A stretch of 32,000 nt of DNA, taken from contig NC_006576.1 of NCBI RefSeq assembly GCF_000010065.1, positions 450,001-482,000 of the forward strand, read 5' to 3'. Source of the DNA: Synechococcus elongatus PCC 6301 (GTDB lineage Bacteria > Cyanobacteriota > Cyanobacteriia > Synechococcales > Synechococcaceae). Position numbers and translations under genes: made by a program. The notes below the pieces were generated by a model that ran no database searches, was not told the DNA's origin, and worked only from the letters and a program-made list of their open reading frames with translations. Numbering within the stretch: position 1 is the stretch's first letter; every line of letters starts with the position of its first letter. Positions 26,472 through 32,000 of the stretch are shown in pieces.

Positions 26472-27407
26472 TTAGCCTTCCCGCAGCACCTGGACCAGTT
26501 GAGTGGCCAGAACCAACAACTGCGATCGCTCAAAACTGGCGGCCAAGGCCCGAGCGGCTTCTTGAGGTTCAATCGGAATGCTAACCACCGTGGCGGTGTA
26601 GGGATCGATTGCCCCACCGGCTAACCGAGCCAGAGCAGGAGTGACGGCAACTTGATCAGCTCGGCCCAATTGCCATTGATCGCTGGCCTGCTTGAGGTTG
26701 CGAACCACAACCGCCGCTAGCTGAGCAAAGCTATTTTCAGGCTTGGCGATCGCCCGAGAGCAGATATCCAAGAGGTACTGCCAAGCAGGTTCCGACGAGA
26801 GATTGCGCAGTTGCTGACAAGTATGGAGAATCTGCTGCCGTTGCTCAGTCGTTTCCTCGGCCCGAAAATGCTCGAGGAGCTGTTGCAGCAACGCCGTGAC
26901 GGCGTCATCGGCTCCCATGCTGGCAGCTGTGGCAGTCGGGGTGGCCAGCAGGCTTTCCCAACGATCGACGCGCGGTGCGGATGGGGTCGCTTGACCAGCA
27001 GCTGCTAGCAAGTTCTGGAGTTCCGTAAAGGCTGGGTCCGATTGCTCGAGAGTTTGGCGGGTGTATTCCGTCTCCAGCTCACCATTGTTCTGCAGATGCT
27101 CGAGCAGGTTGCAAAGAAAATCAAAGCCCTGCAAAAACAGTGACTGCGCTTCTGGGCTAGCAACGTCGGGTTGGTCGCGCAGCACCTTAAAGCCATCTTC
27201 GAGGCGGTGTGCAACATGCTGAATGCTCTGTAAACCCAACATGGCTGCGCCCCCCTTAACGGAGTGGGCGGAGCGGAGGAGTTCATTGATGCGCTCTGAA
27301 TCTTGGCTGGTGGCCACCAGATCCATCAAACCCTTCTCGATTGTGTCGAGATTCTCGCGGGCTTCTTCAATGAAGTATTCGAGAACCTGTTGCTGTTCTG
27401 CATCCAC
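26472..27407 (-). CDS. Histidine phosphotransfer (Hpt) domain protein
   Basis: EYFIEEARENLDTIEKGLMDL...INELLRSAHSVKGGAAMLGLQSIQHVAHRLED Hpt motif; GTG at 27407 with GAGAGG upstream preferred (ORF open to 27470). Confidence 0.85.
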   Translation of the reverse strand: MDAEQQQVLEYFIEEARENLDTIEKGLMDLVATSQDSERINELLRSAHSVKGGAAMLGLQSIQHVAHRLEDGFKVLRDQPDVASPEAQSLFLQGFDFLCNLLEHLQNNGELETEYTRQTLEQSDPAFTELQNLLAAAGQATPSAPRVDRWESLLATPTATAASMGADDAVTALLQQLLEHFRAEETTEQRQQILHTCQQLRNLSSEPAWQYLLDICSRAIAKPENSFAQLAAVVVRNLKQASDQWQLGRADQVAVTPALARLAGGAIDPYTATVVSIPIEPQEAARALAASFERSQLLVLATQLVQVLREG

Positions 27408-27503
27408 GAGCCCAATCCCTCTCCGCTGAAGCCACAACAATGCATGGCCTATTTTGCCTGACCTAAGCAAGCTCTGAGCAGATCTTGTGGAATTGTTGTG
27501 GAT

Positions 27504-29516
27504 CTAGTCCACAGACTCTAGGCTTTCGACCACCTCAAATTGGATGCGATCTTGGCGCGGGTCGGCGTGGGTGACGCGTAGAGCCAAGCGATCGCCCAGT
27601 TCCACGGGCTGACTGAGGCGAATTGGCAGCTCTAAGCCAAGGTCTTCAATCAGAATCAACGCAAGTTGCTCGTGCTCTCGCAGCCAGCGCAGAATCAGGG
27701 ACGACCAGATGCGATCGCCCTGACGACGCAGGTACTCCAGACCCCAGTAGCGATTGGTCTGCCGCTCCACCAGCACGGCTTCATAGCTGAGGCTGAGGGT
27801 ACTCTGCAGCAGTGTTTCCAGTTCTTCTGCACTGAAGGGGAGTTGGTCGCCCCGCAGATGCGCCTTGATTTGGAAGTGGGTAACGAGGTCGGTGTAGCGC
27901 CGAATCGGGGAGGTGACCTGCGAGTAGCGGTCGAGGCCCAAGCTGGCATGGCGCTGGGGGTTGAGACTCGTTTCGCTGCGAGGCATACAGCGCCGGATTG
28001 CACAGGATCGGACAGGACCGGCAGGCAGCGCCAGCAATTCTTCTTCGCTCGGTAATTCCGGTTGGGGCTGTCCCCGGAACGGTAGCGGTAAGCCGTTTGT
28101 TGCGCCGTAGTGGCCCGCGACTTCACCTGCCAGAATCATCATTTCGGCGACGAGGGCACGCGCAGCCGATTCTTCTAGCACGGAAATCGAGATTTGATCG
28201 TCGGCTTCAGAGACCTTGATCACCGCCTCAGGCATGTTGATGGCGATCGCCCCTTGCTGGTGCCGCCACCGGCGTCGCCGTTGGGCCATCTCCCAGAGGT
28301 CGAGTAATTCTTGCTCTGCTGTCACGCCGAGGTCGAGCATTTCGTCGACATCTTCGTAGGTGAGGCGATAGGTCGGTCGAATTTGGCTGGGCACAATCTC
28401 GTAGCTGGCGATCGCCCCTTGCTCATCCAGACAGATACCAAAGCTGAGGGCACAGCAGGCTTGCCCTTGCACCAAACTCATCGGACCGGCCGCCAGTTCC
28501 AAGGGGAACATCGGTACCATGCCGGTGGGTAAATAGATGGTGGTGCTGCGGCGACGGGCTTCCAGATCTAGGGCATCGCCCGGTTCAATCAAGCGGGTTG
28601 GGTCAGCAACATGCACCCAGAGTTGGAGGCGACCGTCGCTGAGCCGCTGACAGCTCAAACCATCGTCAATCTCCCGTGTACTCTCATCATCGATCGTGTA
28701 GACCTTGAGATGGCTGAGATCCTGACGGCGATCGCGGTCAACGGGAGGAGCATCTAAGCAAGTTTGAACCACATCCATCACCGCGACAGGGAATGTTGTC
28801 GGGACTTGGCTGCGGCGCAAAAAGAGATTTTCGTGCGGTTGCCAGTAACCCAAGGCGACCAACAGGTCATGGGCAGCCTGAGCCGAGGCTTGGCGACCTA
28901 AAGCTGTCAGAACTTCGGTCGCAGCTCGAGTGTTGTTGCCGTCTTCGCTAAAGAGTGCCCATTGTTCGAGGGCCTTCAACCAAGGGCGATCGCTATCGAT
29001 CCAAGTGACAGTCTCACCACCTTGTGCCTGCTGACAGCGATCGAGAAAGTTTTGCCAGAGTCGGGCTTTTTCAGCAGCGATCGCCAGCTGTCGTTGCTGC
29101 TCAGCGACTTGCTCACGGCTGCGCGCTTCGTAGCGATCGCGGCGCTGCCGGAAGTAGGTGCGATCGTCATCCAAGAGACGAAAGGTCGCGTAGAGGGCGG
29201 CTGGATCCGCTTGTGAGAACAGCAGATCACTGAGGATTGCGAGTTCTGCCTCTTCCCCTTCATCAACCAACATTTCCCAAGCGATCGCTAACGCATCGGG
29301 GTCGAGTAGGGCCTCCACTTCCCTGCGAAAAGCAGCAAGCTCTTGGGGTTTATAGATTTGTCCCGCCACCACATAGGTGAAATCGCGGGGGTGGAGCGAG
29401 CGGTTTGCCCCGCGTTCATCGACGACAATCCAATTTTTTTTGCCGTCTGGACGATCCAAAACGCCTAAGTGGCGTTGACCACCTAGGCGAAACTCAATCA
29501 GCGTTCCTGCTTCCAC
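27504..29516 (-). CDS. rnb: RNB-domain (RNase II family) exoribonuclease
   Basis: IDDESTREIDDGLSCQRL, LWVHVADPTRLI, TIYLPTGMVPMFPLEL, RYTDLVTHFQIKAHLRG; conserved neighbourhood with rpsR/rpmG. Confidence 0.92.
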   Translation of the reverse strand: MEAGTLIEFRLGGQRHLGVLDRPDGKKNWIVVDERGANRSLHPRDFTYVVAGQIYKPQELAAFRREVEALLDPDALAIAWEMLVDEGEEAELAILSDLLFSQADPAALYATFRLLDDDRTYFRQRRDRYEARSREQVAEQQRQLAIAAEKARLWQNFLDRCQQAQGGETVTWIDSDRPWLKALEQWALFSEDGNNTRAATEVLTALGRQASAQAAHDLLVALGYWQPHENLFLRRSQVPTTFPVAVMDVVQTCLDAPPVDRDRRQDLSHLKVYTIDDESTREIDDGLSCQRLSDGRLQLWVHVADPTRLIEPGDALDLEARRRSTTIYLPTGMVPMFPLELAAGPMSLVQGQACCALSFGICLDEQGAIASYEIVPSQIRPTYRLTYEDVDEMLDLGVTAEQELLDLWEMAQRRRRWRHQQGAIAINMPEAVIKVSEADDQISISVLEESAARALVAEMMILAGEVAGHYGATNGLPLPFRGQPQPELPSEEELLALPAGPVRSCAIRRCMPRSETSLNPQRHASLGLDRYSQVTSPIRRYTDLVTHFQIKAHLRGDQLPFSAEELETLLQSTLSLSYEAVLVERQTNRYWGLEYLRRQGDRIWSSLILRWLREHEQLALILIEDLGLELPIRLSQPVELGDRLALRVTHADPRQDRIQFEVVESLESVD

Positions 29517-29537
29517 AAGCTTGTCCTAGGGCAGGAT

Positions 29538-29753
29538 TTAGCCTTCTTGGTTGAGGAACGGTAGCAGGGCCAGAATCCGAGCCCGCTTGATTGCAACCGC
29601 TAAATCGCGCTGTTGACGTGCGGTCAGGCCAGTGATCCGACGGGGAAGAATTTTGCCCCGTTCGGTGATGAACTTGCGCAGCAGATCGACATCTTTATAG
29701 TCGATTGGATCGCTGGGCTTGATGGGAGAGAGACGACGACGGAAATAGCTCAT
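29538..29753 (-). CDS. rpsR: 30S ribosomal protein S18
   Basis: [66 protein letters not shown]. Confidence 0.97.
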   Translation of the reverse strand: MSYFRRRLSPIKPSDPIDYKDVDLLRKFITERGKILPRRITGLTARQQRDLAVAIKRARILALLPFLNQEG

Positions 29754-29808
29754 GACGGATCCCGAAAAAACAAACGACAAGGGAGATCAGGGTTCTGCAC
29801 TGGCAGAC

Positions 29809-30003
29809 CTATTTGATCTCTTTATGTGCGGTGTGCTTGTTGCAGTGCGGGCAGAATTTTTTGATTTCTAGCCGTTCCGTCGTGTTGCGACGGTTTTTCT
29901 GCGTGGTGTAGCGGGACACGCCTGGAGAGCGCTTAGCTGTGTTGGACCGACATTCCGTGCACTCGAGAGTGATCACGATGCGGGCGCCCTTCGCCTTGGC
30001 CAT
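29809..30003 (-). CDS. rpmG: 50S ribosomal protein L33
   Basis: [19 protein letters not shown]...[34 protein letters not shown]. Confidence 0.97.
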   Translation of the reverse strand: MAKAKGARIVITLECTECRSNTAKRSPGVSRYTTQKNRRNTTERLEIKKFCPHCNKHTAHKEIK

Positions 30004-30180
30004 GATTGTTCGACCTTGATGGTTAAGACACAATCTTGAATCATGCCATGCGATCGCCTCTGGGGGCAAGTAATACAAGTTGAGGGCCGCTGGCAATAGC
30101 CGGATGCAGGTCTGGGCGATCGCTGCCCCAAGCAAGCAATAGGCACAGTACCCTGTAGGCTAGTCAGGCTCTGGATATCC

Positions 30181-32000
30181 ATGACTTCCAATCCTTCCTC
30201 TTCACCGTTCCCAGCCAGAATGGCGACCGAGTTACAGCTGGGAGTGGTGCTGAGCGATCGCTATCAGGTGGTGCGGGAACTCGGACAGGGGGGCTTTGGC
30301 CGCACCTATCTGGCGAAGGATTTAAATCGCTTTAAAGAAGAGTGCGTGCTCAAGGAATTTGCGCCCCAAGTTGAAGGAGAAGAGAGTCTCCAGAAAGCTC
30401 AAGACCTCTTTCACCGCGAAGCTGGGGTTCTCTACCAAATTGAGCATCCTCAGATTCCCCGCTTTCGGGAACTACTGCGGGTGACCCATGGGGGGCAAGG
30501 TCGGCTGTTGCTGGTCCAAGACTATGTGGCTGGGCAGACCTATCAGCAAATTCTGGAGATGCGTCGCGCCCAAGGGCAAACCTTCAGCCCGGCCGAAGCG
30601 CTGAGTCTGCTGCAAAATCTCTTGCCGGTGCTGAACTACCTCCATCAGGCGGGTGTGGTTCACCGCGATATTTCGCCAGACAACTTGATCTGTCGCGATC
30701 GCGATGGACTGCCGGTGCTGATCGACTTTGGTGGCGTCAAGGCGGCAGCAGCGGAAGCAGTGTCGCAGTTTGCCCAGCGGCGTCAGCGACCATTGACCGC
30801 TACTCGGCTCGGGAAAGCAGGTTATGCACCGGGCGAGCAAATGCAGCAGGGGATTGCCTATCCCCACGGTGATCTCTACGCTTTGGCTGTTACTCTGCTG
30901 GTCTTGATGACGGGCGAAGACCCCCAAGACCTCCAAGATCCCCTGACCTTGGAATGGCTTTGGCGAGAGCATCTCAGCCTTGACCCAACCTTTGCAGCAG
31001 TACTCGATCGCATGCTGGCTTTGCGGCCGCGCGATCGCTTTGCCAGTGCTGCAGAGGTGCAAGCGGCCCTCACGGGTGTGGCTCTGACTCCAGAGCCGAT
31101 CCAACCAATTCACCCCCCCAGCCCTACCCCAAGCCAGCTCGATACTGTTGTCGTTGCTCCCCGTCAGGTGATTGCACCGCCGGCAGTCGAGCCAGCGCCC
31201 ACTCAGATCCTGACACCGCCCTCAGCATCCATCGAGCCCGGGAGCTCTGCTGCTGTTGAAGAAGCCGCAACTACCCAGCGCTTCATCTGGGCCGTGTTAG
31301 CGATCGTGTTTGCGGTGTTTGCAGCGGGAACCGGCTGGTGGGCAGCTCGCACTTGGCTGGGCTGGCAAACCGATAGCCAAACGCCCACAACACCCACCTT
31401 GCCCCTGCCGGATCCAACGCCGGACCCAACGAATTTCAGTCAGCAGCGGGCCGAGTTGGCGAATCAACTGCAAGCCATGCAAGTTGATCCGGCTTTCTTT
31501 GAGTTGTTAGTTAATGAAAGCTTTTTCCAAGCTGTCCCAGAGCGGCGGGGACAACCACCCAGCGATCGCCCTGAAGATCGAGAACTCCAGCAGCGCTGGC
31601 TGAGCTTGGCCAAAAACTGGATTGTGCGGCTGAATAGCCTGCCGGTGGCGGAGCGATCGCGTTTAGGGCGCTACAGCATTAGTGAACTGAGTGGTTGGCT
31701 GGGTATCGCCCAACAACAGTCTGTGAGTGAGGCCGCCTTCCGAGCAGTCGTTGATGCCCAGTACAGCTACCTCAGCGATGATTCAGCGGCACCCCTGCGG
31801 GGAAGCCCCCGAGAACAAGTTTGGCTGGCGATCGCGGCAGCTCAGGCAGCGATCCTGCAGGCCGGTGAAGGAGTGACTCTGCTGACCTGGAATGAAGACG
31901 GTACCGCGCAAGTTGGCGGCAATTTGGCACCGGGCCAAGGCCGCATTTTCCTCTTGCCGATGCAGGCCGGTGAAGTACTACAGCTCAACTTTTCAGGTGG
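30181..32000 (+). CDS. Serine/threonine protein kinase (truncated by window end)
   Basis: Frame open from ATG 30181 to the window end; LSDRYQVVRELGQGGFGRTYLAKD, VLKEF, VVHRDISPDNLICR, LIDFGG, followed by TM segment FIWAVLAIVFAVFAAGTGWWAAR. Confidence 0.92.
   Translation, partial: MTSNPSSSPFPARMATELQLGVVLSDRYQVVRELGQGGFGRTYLAKDLNRFKEECVLKEFAPQVEGEESLQKAQDLFHREAGVLYQIEHPQIPRFRELLRVTHGGQGRLLLVQDYVAGQTYQQILEMRRAQGQTFSPAEALSLLQNLLPVLNYLHQAGVVHRDISPDNLICRDRDGLPVLIDFGGVKAAAAEAVSQFAQRRQRPLTATRLGKAGYAPGEQMQQGIAYPHGDLYALAVTLLVLMTGEDPQDLQDPLTLEWLWREHLSLDPTFAAVLDRMLALRPRDRFASAAEVQAALTGVALTPEPIQPIHPPSPTPSQLDTVVVAPRQVIAPPAVEPAPTQILTPPSASIEPGSSAAVEEAATTQRFIWAVLAIVFAVFAAGTGWWAARTWLGWQTDSQTPTTPTLPLPDPTPDPTNFSQQRAELANQLQAMQVDPAFFELLVNESFFQAVPERRGQPPSDRPEDRELQQRWLSLAKNWIVRLNSLPVAERSRLGRYSISELSGWLGIAQQQSVSEAAFRAVVDAQYSYLSDDSAAPLRGSPREQVWLAIAAAQAAILQAGEGVTLLTWNEDGTAQVGGNLAPGQGRIFLLPMQAGEVLQLNFSG

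Noticed and set aside
1-32000. CRISPR arrays, transposons, integrases or prophage
   Set aside because: No regularly spaced direct repeats, transposase motifs, terminal inverted repeats or phage genes were seen; the recurring GCGATCGC octamers are the common cyanobacterial HIP1 motif.

Overview
The window reads as ordinary cyanobacterial chromosome. Gene content and dense GCGATCGC (HIP1) palindromes match Synechococcus elongatus (PCC 7942/6301-like); this assignment is from memory and no search was run. Contents: a tRNA-Pro(GGG); lptC-like, NYN-domain, metG, TerB-like, FAD oxidoreductase, hmpF-like, tilS, DUF561, M1 aminopeptidase/HEAT and gamma-glutamylcyclotransferase-like genes; then ftrV, PP2C phosphatase, DUF4214/RTX-type protein, tldD, O-antigen-type ABC permease, Hpt protein, RNB exoribonuclease, rpsR, rpmG and a Ser/Thr kinase truncated by the window end. 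The standout region is about 13.4-19.2 kb. It holds a tandem array of four small ORFs (three clear paralogs with double-glycine leaders ending LLGG/LVGG, and a fourth divergent one with a TG-type leader end). The array is followed by a C39 peptidase-ABC transporter and an HlyD-type membrane fusion protein with a long cytoplasmic TPR-like N-terminus. From memory this is the locus described as ebfG1-4/pteB, required for biofilm formation in S. elongatus PCC 7942, so the core system is probably not undescribed. The operon hairpins, the divergent fourth peptide, the TPR-MFP fusion, the missing linked outer-membrane component and the 396-bp leader are the parts worth a second look. No CRISPR array, transposase or prophage was seen.
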